Source: a bacterium (GTDB lineage: Bacteria > Zhuqueibacterota > Zhuqueibacteria > Residuimicrobiales > Krinioviventaceae). Taken from it: a stretch of DNA of 64,000 bases. The translations under genes and the position numbers were made by a program. Positions within the stretch are counted from its first letter, which is position 1. The number at the start of each line of letters is the position of its first letter. Under the pieces are notes generated by a model. That model ran no database searches. It saw only the letters and a program-made list of their open reading frames with translations, and was not told where the DNA came from. Shown here in pieces: positions 1 through 10,687 of the stretch. The stretch covers positions 128,001-192,000 of the forward strand of contig CAXXFV010000027.1 of NCBI GenBank assembly GCA_963674595.2, given 5' to 3'.

Positions 1-2362
1 TAAGGATTTTTTTAATTTTGTAAAAACGTGTAGCTTTGTCACGTTCAAGGATGGCACCCAATAAGCCGGTTTCAATGCGTTTTGCAGCAGGCTGATCGCC
101 ACCGCCGACATAGGAATGACCAATACTTAATTCGCCGATCATTTCACCAATAACATAAGTCAAATCAGCACGATGATTTACATAATCAACCAGCGGACGG
201 TATTTATTTCGGATACCTTCCCAATCAAGTCCGTGCATATTCGGATCATACAGAAAATCACGCATCTGTCGCCAGGTTTCGTTAAAAATTTGTACCCATT
301 CCTGCTTTCTGTCTACTTTAACCTGAAGGCCTTTAAGATCAAGTTTGTCTTTCAACTCTACTTTACCTTTAGGAAGATCAATAATAGCATAGGATTTATT
401 CTGAGAGACAAGCATTTTTTTATTATCAGATGAAATTTCAAAGCCGTTAAATTGACCAACTTCTGTTTCCTTTTTCTTTTTTAGGTCATAAAATAACAAT
501 AATGGCTTGGCATCCTGGCTACCTTTTCTGGTATAATAAACGTTGTCACCAACACACATCGGGCTTGAATAAGAAGAAGCTTTAATCGGAAGTGAAAGAA
601 TACGATCAGTTATGCCGTCAGCATCAACTATCACCTTAACTGATTCGTCCTCTTTTTTCTCATCCTTGCTTTTATTATTTTTTTCTTCAGATTTTTCTTT
701 TTCAATTGCAACTTCATCGCTTTCAGGTTTGAACGGAGAGTCTGTTTTTTTACTCAAAGTGACAAAATAAATTCCTCCCATGTCTCTATAAGCATGGTTC
801 CATTCTGTTTGACTGTATAATGGATTAAAGTTGCGGTCTGATGTGAAAAACAGATACTTGCCGTCAGAACTGAAGGAAGGATATGAGCAGGAATACCAGC
901 CATCGGTTACCTGAATTTGTTGTTCGGTTTCCAGCGAATAAAGATAAATTTTATTCATGGAATCTTTTTCATATTTGGCATAAGCAATCCATTTGCTATC
1001 CGGAGACCAGGAGTAATGACGGAATTCCCACATTTCTGCCTGGGTAATACGAATCAGTTTTTTTGCAGCTAAATCATAATAACTCAAGCGCAATTTTTTA
1101 TCTGCCCACAGCAATTTTTTACTGTCCGGTGACCAGTAGATTTGGTATTTATAGGTATCAGCATTGGATGTCAGTTGAATTTCTTTACCCTCTCCATCTT
1201 GCGGAAGGATAAAAATTTCATTTTCGCCGGTTTTATCAGATATATAAGCAATCCATTTCCCGTCCGGAGACCATTTTGAATTACGCTCATGCACATCTGA
1301 TGAGGCTGTTATATTACGTGTTTTGCCATGTTCAGCCGGTACTGTAAAGACGTCACCTCTGGCGCCAAATAAAGCACGTTTACCGTCAGGAGAAATTTCA
1401 TAATTACTGATTCGATCACTAACAGAAATAATTTCGCCACGACTGGCCTGTTGATCATTGGCAATTTCTACACTTACCTTTTCATATTTCTCTGATCCGA
1501 TATCAAATTTGTAGATAAAACCGCCGTTTTCAAAAACAATTTTTGTTCTCCCTAGTGAAGGAAACTTTATGTCAAAATCTTTAAATTTTGTCAATCGTTT
1601 GGTTTGTTTTGACGCAATGTCATAAACATACAGATTCATGCGTTTATTGTCATCACGGTCGGATAAAAAGTATATTTTATTGCCCCACCACATGGGAATA
1701 ATATCCTGTGCCGGATTATCTGTAATATTTTCTGTGGTTTTATTTTCAAAATCGTATATCCAGATATCATCTGCCATACCGCCCCGATAGCGTTTCCAGG
1801 TCCGAAATTCCCGAAAAACCCTGTTATAGGCCAATTGTTTATCATTTTGAGAAAAAGAACAAAATCCGCCCCGTGGTAAAGGAAGCTGCTCTTGAATGTC
1901 ACCGTCAATACCGACGGTATAAAGCTGCCCTTTAAAATCGTTAAACTCACTCATTCTGGAACGAAAAACTATTGTTTTGTTATCATGCTTCCAACCCATA
2001 ACAATGTTATTGGGACCCATTCTATCAGAAATATCATCCCGTTTTAAAGTTGCTGTAAAAGTCGCTCTTTTTGGTACCCCGCCTTCAGCAGGAATCAAAT
2101 AAACTTCAGTATTACCATCATATTGACCCGTAAATGCAATATATTTGCCATCATGGGAAAATCTGGGAAACGATTCAAATCCAATATGACTCGTTAATCG
2201 CCTGGCAACACCTCCATCAGCAGAAACCGTATACAAATCTCCTGCATAGGAAAACACAATCTGGTCCTCATAAATTGCCGGAAACCGCAATAACCCGGTC
2301 TCTTTTGACATGGCCAGAGACGTTAAAATCAGGATGGTCAACGATAACAAAAGTTTTCTCAT
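1..2362 (-). CDS. Tricorn protease homolog (S41 family), 3' end runs off the window; not in the ORF track
   Basis: Manual translation from ATG 2362 (AGGAG RBS upstream): MRKLLLSLTIL..LLRFPAIYEDQIVFSYAGDLYTV..FPRFSHDGKYIAFTGQYDGNTEVY..REFRTWKRYRGGMADDIWIYD..GEMIGELSIGHSYVGGGD..GLLGA; these are the beta-propeller and C1/PDZ motifs typical of tricorn. Confidence 0.92.
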   Translation of the reverse strand, partial: MRKLLLSLTILILTSLAMSKETGLLRFPAIYEDQIVFSYAGDLYTVSADGGVARRLTSHIGFESFPRFSHDGKYIAFTGQYDGNTEVYLIPAEGGVPKRATFTATLKRDDISDRMGPNNIVMGWKHDNKTIVFRSRMSEFNDFKGQLYTVGIDGDIQEQLPLPRGGFCSFSQNDKQLAYNRVFREFRTWKRYRGGMADDIWIYDFENKTTENITDNPAQDIIPMWWGNKIYFLSDRDDNKRMNLYVYDIASKQTKRLTKFKDFDIKFPSLGRTKIVFENGGFIYKFDIGSEKYEKVSVEIANDQQASRGEIISVSDRISNYEISPDGKRALFGARGDVFTVPAEHGKTRNITASSDVHERNSKWSPDGKWIAYISDKTGENEIFILPQDGEGKEIQLTSNADTYKYQIYWSPDSKKLLWADKKLRLSYYDLAAKKLIRITQAEMWEFRHYSWSPDSKWIAYAKYEKDSMNKIYLYSLETEQQIQVTDGWYSCSYPSFSSDGKYLFFTSDRNFNPLYSQTEWNHAYRDMGGIYFVTLSKKTDSPFKPESDEVAIEKEKSEEKNNKSKDEKKEDESVKVIVDADGITDRILSLPIKASSYSSPMCVGDNVYYTRKGSQDAKPLLLFYDLKKKKETEVGQFNGFEISSDNKKMLVSQNKSYAIIDLPKGKVELKDKLDLKGLQVKVDRKQEWVQIFNETWRQMRDFLYDPNMHGLDWEGIRNKYRPLVDYVNHRADLTYVIGEMIGELSIGHSYVGGGDQPAAKRIETGLLGAILERDKATRFYKIKKIL

Positions 2363-2465
2363 CAGCAACTCCTTTTTAAATTAATTTTATTATTAAAACC
2401 TTTTGTTCTTTGACGAAAAAAAAGCCAAAGAGATTCAATATTTTTTCTTTAGCTTTATTTAATTC

Positions 2466-3449
2466 CTAATTCGTTTGAATATAATTTTCAAAATTATTAT
2501 CCAGTTCCTCTTTAGATTTATCCCCTTCAAAAATTATAACTCTGAATTTAAAAAAGGCTTTTTGACCGGGTTCTAATGTTAAATTATATGGAACAACTTG
2601 CTCTTCACCTCTTGTTTTTTGAAAAGCAGATTGACCAAGCGGATTTGCCGCAAATAAACCATAAGCACGGACATGCCAGTATGTAGGATAATTGATACTT
2701 TCAGGATGATTTAAAATTGCAATACCCACAACCGTACTATCCTTTTTTCCCTGTAATGCAACCCAGGAAGCTCTTTTTCCCCAAACATTCTTTTCACCTT
2801 TGTCGCCATTAGAGCTCAGGTAGTAGCTGTTACCTGCCTTTTCCTTTAGCCAATGGGCAACACGTATGGCAAACATACCTTCTTTTGTATCTTCAAAAAC
2901 AACTTTTTGGTTAACAGCCGTTAATGTAATATCAAAATCAATAATATTTTGATTACAGCATCCCGAAAACTCCATTGTGCGGTCTTCCTGCAGCAGTACC
3001 TCACCTTTTTCATTAGTCCATTCGTGAGTAACAGACAGGATACCTTTATCATCGTCGCTGGTCATTGTATTCAAACTAACAAATTTGATCTGTGGTGGAA
3101 TTTTAGTCGTGTTCCAAAAACCGGTACCATTAACTTTATCAACGGTAAAAAACAAACCGGCATGGTGTGGATGGTCCTGTTTTTCACCCTCTACATCAGC
3201 AAATGGAAAACTACGGTTTACCTGAATTCCGCTTGGAGAATTGACAGGAAAAAGGACAGGTTTGGTATAATCCTGTTTATATACAAAAGATGTAAAAAGT
3301 TTGTCATTGAACAATACATCAATCTTGTCCTGTGCCTTCACAAACAGAACTTTGGCCTTTTCCTTTTTCATAGGTTCTGTTTTAGACTGACAAGCAATAG
3401 ATAAAACAATAAAAAATAACACTATAATAGGAAATAATCGCAACTTCAT
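2466..3449 (-). CDS. DUF6807 / PmoA-family (methane oxygenase-like named) lipoprotein
   Basis: Lipobox LSIAC; DHPHHAGLFF, DTKEGMFAIRVA and WHVRAYGLFAANPLG motifs characteristic of this family. Confidence 0.8.
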   Translation of the reverse strand: MKLRLFPIIVLFFIVLSIACQSKTEPMKKEKAKVLFVKAQDKIDVLFNDKLFTSFVYKQDYTKPVLFPVNSPSGIQVNRSFPFADVEGEKQDHPHHAGLFFTVDKVNGTGFWNTTKIPPQIKFVSLNTMTSDDDKGILSVTHEWTNEKGEVLLQEDRTMEFSGCCNQNIIDFDITLTAVNQKVVFEDTKEGMFAIRVAHWLKEKAGNSYYLSSNGDKGEKNVWGKRASWVALQGKKDSTVVGIAILNHPESINYPTYWHVRAYGLFAANPLGQSAFQKTRGEEQVVPYNLTLEPGQKAFFKFRVIIFEGDKSKEELDNNFENYIQTN

Positions 3450-3755
3450 TTTAAAACTCCCATCTACACGAATAATTTGTCAGATTTACTTTTATTAAAA
3501 AAACAGACAAGCATTTATATTGTAAGATATTTTAATAAATTCAAGATACAAAAATTTTTCGTACGAGTAAAGAAGTTATCAATAAAATTAATCATTTTTT
3601 TCATAAAAGAACATTGCAATTCAAATGTGATTTAATTACATTTTATCCCGATCTTTTATATATTCAATAGAATGTTTCCTTTTATTTGATTGAATAATTT
3701 TTAATCAATAAAACAAACCTTACAATACACCATAAAACCATAGGAGTTGGTAAAA

Positions 3756-5435
3756 ATGAGTGATAAAAAATACGTTATCGGAATTGATTATGGTACAGAT
3801 TCCGTCCGTTCAATCATTGTAGATTCTTCCAACGGCACAGAAATTTCATCTTCCGTTTATGCTTATAAACAATGGGCTGCAGGAAAGTTTTGTGATTCGG
3901 CAAAAAACCAGTTTCGCCAACATCCTGTTGATTATATTGAAGGTTTGACTTTAACAGTAAAAGAAGCCCTTCAAAAAGCTCCTCAAGGAACCGCTGAAAA
4001 TATTAGTGGTATTTCAATCGACACAACAGGTTCCACACCTGTTGCTGTTGATAAAAACGGCGTACCGTTGGCGCTTACACCCGGTTTTGAAGATAATCCT
4101 AACGCCATGTTTATACTATGGAAAGACCATACAGCGATTAAAGAAGCAGACGAAATAAACAAACTAGCCAAAACCTGGGGCGGTGAAGATTTTACAAAAT
4201 ATGTCGGCGGCATTTATTCTTCTGAGTGGTTTTGGGCTAAAATATTGCATGTATTACGTAATGATTCCAGGGTACGTGACGCTGCTTACTCGTGGATGGA
4301 ACATTGTGACTGGCTCCCTGCCCTGTTGACCGGTAACACCGATCCATTGACCATTAAACGCAGCCGATGTGCTGCCGGGCATAAAGCCATGTGGCATGCC
4401 ACTTTTGAAGGTTTACCCTTTGAAGAATTTTTAGTTAAACTGGACCCGTTGCTTAAAGGTTTAAGAGAACGGCTGTTTTCAAAAACCTGGACATGTGACG
4501 AACCTGTGGGGACTCTTTGCTCTGAATGGGCTGAAAAACTTGGTTTATCAACTGATGTCGTTATAGGTGTGGGAGCTTTTGATGCTCATATGGGCGCTGT
4601 AGGCGGGGAAATTGAACCCTATGTTTTAACAAAAATTGTCGGAACGTCCACATGCGATATGCTTATTGCTCCTAACGAAGAGTTTGGTGATAAGCTTGTT
4701 AACGGGATCTGCGGGCAGGTTGACGGATCTATCGTTCCCGGCATGTTGGGTATGGAAGCCGGTCAATCTTGCGTTGGTGACGTTTATGCGTGGTTTAGAG
4801 ATATCCTGATGTGGCCGGTGGAAAACATAATCGGTAAAAACACATTAATTGATGCCGACCTTGGAACAAAGTTAGTAGATCAAATATCTGATCAGATTAT
4901 ACCTATGCTGTCTGAAGAAGCTGAGAAACTGGATATAAACGAATCCGGTATTGTTGCGCTTGACTGGTTGAACGGACGCCGCACACCGGATGCGAATCAG
5001 GCGTTAAAAGGCGCCATTATTGGCCTTAGTCTCGGCTCTGATGCCGTTAAAATTTTCAGAGCACTGGTTGAAGCGACCGCTTTTGGCGCGAAAAAGATTG
5101 CAGACAGGTTTATCGATGAAGGCGTGAAAATTACCAGCGTTATTGCACTTGGCGGCGTTGCCAAAAAATCACCTCTGGTAATGCAAATTCATGCCGATGT
5201 GCTAAACATGCCAATAAAAATTGCCCGTTCCGAACAAACCTGTGCACTGGGTGCCGCCATGTGTGCTGCTACCGTAGCCGGTGTTTATGAAAACATTGAA
5301 CAGGCACAAAAAGCCATGGGCAGTGGGTTTGAAAAGGAATATCAACCCATTCCTGAAAATGTTGAAAAGTATAAAAGCTTGTTTGAAAAATATTCAAAAT
5401 TAGGTGATTTGGTTGAGAAGGAATTGACAGAGTAA
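3756..5435 (+). CDS. araB: L-ribulokinase (FGGY family)
   Basis: IGIDYGTDSVR, DTTGST, LWKDHTA, YSSEWFWAK, GAFDAHMGAVG, LDWLNGRRTP motifs; ATG 3756 follows AGGAG RBS. Confidence 0.93.
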   Translation: MSDKKYVIGIDYGTDSVRSIIVDSSNGTEISSSVYAYKQWAAGKFCDSAKNQFRQHPVDYIEGLTLTVKEALQKAPQGTAENISGISIDTTGSTPVAVDKNGVPLALTPGFEDNPNAMFILWKDHTAIKEADEINKLAKTWGGEDFTKYVGGIYSSEWFWAKILHVLRNDSRVRDAAYSWMEHCDWLPALLTGNTDPLTIKRSRCAAGHKAMWHATFEGLPFEEFLVKLDPLLKGLRERLFSKTWTCDEPVGTLCSEWAEKLGLSTDVVIGVGAFDAHMGAVGGEIEPYVLTKIVGTSTCDMLIAPNEEFGDKLVNGICGQVDGSIVPGMLGMEAGQSCVGDVYAWFRDILMWPVENIIGKNTLIDADLGTKLVDQISDQIIPMLSEEAEKLDINESGIVALDWLNGRRTPDANQALKGAIIGLSLGSDAVKIFRALVEATAFGAKKIADRFIDEGVKITSVIALGGVAKKSPLVMQIHADVLNMPIKIARSEQTCALGAAMCAATVAGVYENIEQAQKAMGSGFEKEYQPIPENVEKYKSLFEKYSKLGDLVEKELTE

Positions 5436-5473
5436 TAAACTGATAGCGTAAAAAAAGTTTTATTTTAATCGAT

Positions 5474-5514
5474 AAAAAATAACGGACCGAAGATTAAAAA
5501 AATTCCGGTCCGTT
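5474..5514 (-). terminator. Rho-independent terminator oriented on minus strand
   Basis: Stem AACGGACCG/CGGTCCGTT followed on the minus strand by A-TTTTTT. Confidence 0.65.
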
Positions 5515-6039
5515 TCAGGAGGCCAATGGGAGTAAAGTCGAACCCATTTGGCTTAATTTTTAATAGAACAACCTAGTAAAAGATAACAAAGATTTTTCAA
5601 ATTAGAAAAGTTCCAAAATCTACTGATATAGTTTTAATAGATTTTACCATTAAACCGATGTAAAAAATCTATTAAATCATTCCAATATTGAAAAGTATTA
5701 AGATCATTGATCTGCCTCCCTTAGTTACTACTTTTGAAAAAATGAAACTACCTGGCCGGCACGTATTTTTAGGTCAATTTATTACCCAATAGATCGTTAT
5801 AATAATAAATTACATTTTACTATTAATGTCAACAAAAAAAATATTTTTTTAATTATACTATTTTCCCCAAATCACATAGTTTTTGAGAATTACAAAAATA
5901 TTGTTCGCCATATAAAATTGTGAAAATAGTTTCATCTTGATCTGTTCAAGTAATATTTGTATATGGAAAAAACAATATGGTCCTTATAACCCGAAGGAAT
6001 CTCACCTCAACTGAAAGCAACAGACAATACAGGCAAGAA

Positions 6040-6954
6040 TCACTTTTCTTTCATGTTTTCGTTAGCTTTAATCCATTCTAAAATTCGTTCAACAATCCAA
6101 TCCTTTAAGCGGTCATCCGGCAGTAAACCTTTATCGGAAAAATATATATTTTGCCGGCTAAACCAATCATTATTCAATTTCTGTTGGCTCAAATAACGAC
6201 TTGCAATTTGACCCGGTGCCAAAGAGAGATAAAGTCCAAGTACGATAACTCTTTCGCAGTTTTCAGCCATACCCAAAATACAGGGTAAACCCTCGGTTTC
6301 AAAAGATTGCCCTACCTCAATAAAGGCGTAATCAAATTTGGTTATGCCGGATTTTGCACAGATATAGGCACCCGCTTTTTTACATGCCTTGTGCCAAAAG
6401 GGTGCAAAATCCGAACTGCCATGCGTTAACAGAACAATTCCCTCATTTTCCGGTGAAATTGATAATTCCCTAACGCGATCAAGCAAAATCACTTGAATTA
6501 GGTCACCATAATCCAATGTTGGCCCAAGAACAATTTTTATTTTCGTATCAACAATTTCAATTCCTTCGTCAAGAAGCGATTGTATAGTATCTTTATTGAA
6601 CGATAATCCTAAAATCGAAGGTATATCAAACATCGAATGACCGGAAGCGTTGGTAAACAACGGCAAAGCGAATATTGATTCAACACCTGAAGCCTCCAGT
6701 TCCCTGACCACCTCAGCGATGGTTGGTTTGGCCATTTCCATAAAAGCAATTCGAACCTCACAGTCAAAATTTTCAGACAATAAACGTTCAGATACAATTT
6801 TCTCCAGGGACTGTACGGAGGTATTCCACTCCGTACTATGCGAACCATGTGCAATAATCAAAATCGCTGTTTTATCTTTAGCGAATGATGAGATTGTTTC
6901 GATGAATAAAAAAAGTAATATGACTGCAAATATAACTGTTTTCCTGGATTTCAA
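6040..6954 (-). CDS. CbiX/SirB-type (class II) chelatase with N-terminal signal peptide
   Basis: Two HGS motifs (IIAHGS, LLTHGS), AFMEMAKPTI, ALPLFTNASGHSMFDIP; hydrophobic N-terminus ending SFA; TTG start after AGGAG. Confidence 0.8.
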   Translation of the reverse strand: MKSRKTVIFAVILLFLFIETISSFAKDKTAILIIAHGSHSTEWNTSVQSLEKIVSERLLSENFDCEVRIAFMEMAKPTIAEVVRELEASGVESIFALPLFTNASGHSMFDIPSILGLSFNKDTIQSLLDEGIEIVDTKIKIVLGPTLDYGDLIQVILLDRVRELSISPENEGIVLLTHGSSDFAPFWHKACKKAGAYICAKSGITKFDYAFIEVGQSFETEGLPCILGMAENCERVIVLGLYLSLAPGQIASRYLSQQKLNNDWFSRQNIYFSDKGLLPDDRLKDWIVERILEWIKANENMKEK

Positions 6955-6987
6955 ATTTTTCTCCTATTTTCGGATATAAAATATAAA

Positions 6988-7548
6988 TCAATTCAGGTAA
7001 TAAAACAACAAGATCAGCGGCATTGCAATGCCCAATCCTGTCAACACAGCCCCACGTCCTGTTATGCCGTTTTTTCCGCGCACAATAAATAAACCGGTTA
7101 TCGCTATAAGGATTAATGAAACACAAAAAACATCCGAAAACCAGGTCCACAATCGTCCTGGATTATAATGTAAAAAATTCACTTCACGTAATACAGGCCG
7201 CCGTTTCAATTTTTCCATAACGCCATGTCCGGTCGATAAGTTTATTTCTACATGACCGCTTTTCAAAAAAATCTTTAATCGTTCCGGTTCAGGCTGATAA
7301 TGTTTTTTATAATTACCCTCCTGGCCATATTTTCCCAAAAACGTCATCACAGCTTTTTGGGTAACCGGTTCTCCGGTAACAGGCTGCTCCCACTGAACCC
7401 TGTTAGTATAGACGACGTAACTCGGATTCCAGTCTTTAAGGTGGTTTAATGCAATACCGGATAAACTATATATAATTGTCAGACCGAAAAAAAAGTAGCC
7501 AAAATCACGATGTAAAATTCTGTTCCATTTCCTTAAATTGAGTCCCAC
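6988..7548 (-). CDS. PepSY-associated TM helix domain protein
   Basis: RILHRDFGYFFFG..SGIALNH and NFLHYNPG..WTWFSD..ITGL motifs; three TM segments. Confidence 0.8.
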   Translation of the reverse strand: MGLNLRKWNRILHRDFGYFFFGLTIIYSLSGIALNHLKDWNPSYVVYTNRVQWEQPVTGEPVTQKAVMTFLGKYGQEGNYKKHYQPEPERLKIFLKSGHVEINLSTGHGVMEKLKRRPVLREVNFLHYNPGRLWTWFSDVFCVSLILIAITGLFIVRGKNGITGRGAVLTGLGIAMPLILLFYYLN

Positions 7549-7560
7549 TCAAAAACTCCG

Positions 7561-8100
7561 TTACTTAATTTCTTTAAAAGATTCACATTCCAAATTATAA
7601 AACGCAATTACTTCTTTACCGCTTTCCTTTAATTTTTTCCTCAAACTGTTGATTTGATTTTGTGCATTTTCATGATGATCATCAATAGCTTCTGAAGCAC
7701 CATGTTCATGGCCCTGATGTCCTACTTCCGGTTTTTGTTCATCACTAATTTCAGCCTCCCAATTATCCAAAAAAGCAGCATCAACTTTTTGCTCCTGAAT
7801 AACGCCGGTTACCTGAACATCACTGCCCTCCAGTTCAATATCAAATGCCCCCACGCTTTTACCGGCAGTTATTTTGAATCGTGGTTCCGGCTGCTCTCCG
7901 ATAATAAACATTCTTTTACCGCCATGTTTACATACATGAACAACAGTCCCTGTGATACTTGTACTTTTCCCAACATACTCAGCGGCATTCGCAGCAATAT
8001 CTTTCACAGTCAATTTTGGTATATTTTTATCTGTTTCATTTTTACTGCAAAATAAATTTAACACCAAAATAAAAATTATAATTAAAAATCTTTTAAGCAT
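7561..8100 (-). CDS. OB-fold lipoprotein with His-rich insertion
   Basis: Lipobox NLFC; YVGKSTSITGTVVHVCKHGGKRMF; HQGHEH..DDHHE segment. Confidence 0.65.
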   Translation of the reverse strand: MLKRFLIIIFILVLNLFCSKNETDKNIPKLTVKDIAANAAEYVGKSTSITGTVVHVCKHGGKRMFIIGEQPEPRFKITAGKSVGAFDIELEGSDVQVTGVIQEQKVDAAFLDNWEAEISDEQKPEVGHQGHEHGASEAIDDHHENAQNQINSLRKKLKESGKEVIAFYNLECESFKEIK

Positions 8101-8306
8101 ATTTAATACTCCTATCCTTTCACTTAAAATAGTAATTTCAATTGAAATTTTCTACCAAAATCAATTACCATATAGCCAAACATTTGAGTTGTTGAGTAAA
8201 GATGTGAACGCAAAGCCAATATTACAATATATCTTTTGCAATGTCATTTCGAGTTATTGCAAAATCCATTAACACTAGTTCCTTAAAAAAATTAACCAAG
8301 TTTTTT

Positions 8307-10673
8307 TTATTCTGATTCTTTACCGAACGGTTTGGTTAACAATATCAGTGCCGGTGTCATCAGATAGTCAATCAGAAGCGCGGCAAAAAGTCCTACGGAG
8401 GCTAAAAAACCGATTCGCGCAAGATTTGCCACATTTGAAAACATGTACATAGCAAAGGTTGCTGCAAGCACAATGGTTGTCATTGCCAACGTTTTTCCGA
8501 CTGTATTAAACGACCGGAGAATGGCTTGCTCATATTGACCGTGTAACTCAAACTCATATTTGATATGATTTATAAAGTGGATTGTATCATCTACAGCGAT
8601 TCCCAACAGCATGGGCATAATAGTCATCGTCATCATATCAAGGGGCGATTTGCAATAGCCCATGTATCCACCAAGTACAATCAATGGAGAAAGATTTGGG
8701 ATCATACCGATCAAACCGGTCTTGATACTTCCGAAAACCAGGATTAATAATACACCAATCACCACAAGAGCCGTTAAGATGGAGGTTAGTTCACCGGTAA
8801 CAATTTTTTTGTTTAATTCAGCAAACTGGGCTGCACTACCCACGATACTCACCTCAGAGCCCGGGAACCATTCCTCACTTAGACGTTGAATGGTTTGTAT
8901 TTCCCGCACAAATTCGTTAGCGTCGAATCGACTGACCCGTACCTGGGCACGCAACATGGAATAGTCTTCGTTTATCCAGCGAAATGTTTTTGTGCCCCCG
9001 GAAATTTCATACAAGAACAAAAGCTGGGCAACAAGTTCTCGGCTGTCCGGGACTTTATAATAAGCGGCACTATCATTGTGAAGGGTTTGGTTCATATCTT
9101 TTACAATATCCAAAACAGAAAATACCGTGGATGCTGTTTCATTTTTTTTGGTCAATTCAAAATTGCCTACAGTGTCCAACAGTGCATCAAAATGTTTCAT
9201 AACCACCGGGTCTTTAATTTTATCAGCTTCATCATAAGAAATTGTCAAGTTATAAGTCATATAAGAACCGAGCTGTGAATTTGCAATATGATACAACCGC
9301 TGGACGTAGGGAATTTTAAGTCCCATAAACCGAAAGGCATCCATATTGACATCTATTTTGAACGCACCGGGAATAAAAGCAAGAAGACAAACCGAAGTTG
9401 TTATTAGAATGATTCGTTTGCGTCTTAATACAAAGACACCAATTTTACCTATTATACGGTCAAAAAAGAGAATCCCTGACTCTTTCGCCTTATTGACACT
9501 TTTATCCTTTCCAAAACTCATCAGCACAGGCGTCAGAACAATAACAAATATATAATCGGCAAACACCACGGCTGCACAGGTAAATCCCAGCCATTGAATA
9601 GTCAAAATACCTGCTGTGGCAAAGGACATAACAGAACCCATGGTTGTTATAGCAGTAAATAATATGGGCCATCCTGTTTCTTCCACAGCAGCAACCATCG
9701 ATTCTTTACGTTTTCCGGTGGCTCTAAAAAATCGTTTAAATGCGTTAACCAAATGAATAGAATAGCCTACAGACAAGGCCATACCGAGAAGAATGGGCAG
9801 GGTCATCATATTGGCGTCCACACCCACGCCTATCCAGCCCATAATGCCAAAAACCACCACAATCCCCATAATGGTTGTAAACACGGGTACAAACACGCCT
9901 CTGAATGAACGGAGGAAAATTGCCAGTAAAACTATCATTAGCGCAAAACCGGATAAAACACGTGTCATAAGCTCTTTACCGAAAAAATCACGTTCTTCCG
10001 TTTCGCTGTAGGGCATGCCGGCAGCCTTGATGGTATAAAATTCGCTTTTCCATTTCGGATTCGTTATAATGGGAATGGCGGCTTCACCGACCTGAAACAT
10101 GGGATCAAGGTCCGTCTCTTTTTTCCATTCTTCCGGTTCGGGATATTCCAAAAGATCAAGAGAAAGCCAGGTTTCCTTACAATCCGCAGACACTAATTTG
10201 TCAGCAATTGATTTGCGGGAGAGGACGAGCTTTCGTATCTCCTCAATTTTTGCCGGATCATCGGGAATACCGTCTTCGAATGGATTGATGATCTCTATAC
10301 CCTCTTCCGTCCCCACAGAGACTTCCAGTTCCATCAGGGAAGTTACTTCATCCGCATAGGGGACCTTGGCAAGAAGTTCATCTCCCAACGCCTTTATAGC
10401 TTCAAGTACCTCCGGATGAAAGACATCCTCAGCTTCAAAGAGAATGCCGATATTATCGTTATTACCAAACTGATCTTCAAATGCTTCAGTGGCAATTTCA
10501 ATAGCCTCCTTGTCGTCGAACCAACTGTCACGGTCATTTTTAACCGCAATTTTATCAAGACCGGTTATCCCAAAATAAGTCAGGATAAGCGCAAATAACA
10601 TAAACATCCAGCGATACCGGATTTGAAATATACCCATTCTTTTAAAGAATTGATTAATTTGTTGTATTTTCAT
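8307..10673 (-). CDS. MMPL/RND-family transporter
   Basis: 788 aa, two repeats of large loop plus TM bundle; GIAVDDTIHF and ALSVGYSIH motifs. Confidence 0.88.
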   Translation of the reverse strand: MKIQQINQFFKRMGIFQIRYRWMFMLFALILTYFGITGLDKIAVKNDRDSWFDDKEAIEIATEAFEDQFGNNDNIGILFEAEDVFHPEVLEAIKALGDELLAKVPYADEVTSLMELEVSVGTEEGIEIINPFEDGIPDDPAKIEEIRKLVLSRKSIADKLVSADCKETWLSLDLLEYPEPEEWKKETDLDPMFQVGEAAIPIITNPKWKSEFYTIKAAGMPYSETEERDFFGKELMTRVLSGFALMIVLLAIFLRSFRGVFVPVFTTIMGIVVVFGIMGWIGVGVDANMMTLPILLGMALSVGYSIHLVNAFKRFFRATGKRKESMVAAVEETGWPILFTAITTMGSVMSFATAGILTIQWLGFTCAAVVFADYIFVIVLTPVLMSFGKDKSVNKAKESGILFFDRIIGKIGVFVLRRKRIILITTSVCLLAFIPGAFKIDVNMDAFRFMGLKIPYVQRLYHIANSQLGSYMTYNLTISYDEADKIKDPVVMKHFDALLDTVGNFELTKKNETASTVFSVLDIVKDMNQTLHNDSAAYYKVPDSRELVAQLLFLYEISGGTKTFRWINEDYSMLRAQVRVSRFDANEFVREIQTIQRLSEEWFPGSEVSIVGSAAQFAELNKKIVTGELTSILTALVVIGVLLILVFGSIKTGLIGMIPNLSPLIVLGGYMGYCKSPLDMMTMTIMPMLLGIAVDDTIHFINHIKYEFELHGQYEQAILRSFNTVGKTLAMTTIVLAATFAMYMFSNVANLARIGFLASVGLFAALLIDYLMTPALILLTKPFGKESE

Positions 10674-10687
10674 AGATTACTCCTCTT

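Noticed and set aside
173-2379. ORF-track entries 173..433, 1636..1950, 2134..2379 and the many other short overlapping or antisense ORFs across the window
   Set aside because: Shadow ORFs overlapping well-supported genes (here tricorn protease), with no RBS or motifs
3555-3570. TCGTACGA palindrome upstream of araB as an AraR operator
   Set aside because: Short, does not match the ATTTGTACGTACAAAT-type AraR box well, and no regulator is in the window
5986-5997. ATAACCCGAAGG resembling a tRNA-fMet anticodon arm fragment
   Set aside because: Only 12 nt with no cloverleaf; kept only as a weak att-site hypothesis for tRNA-Arg
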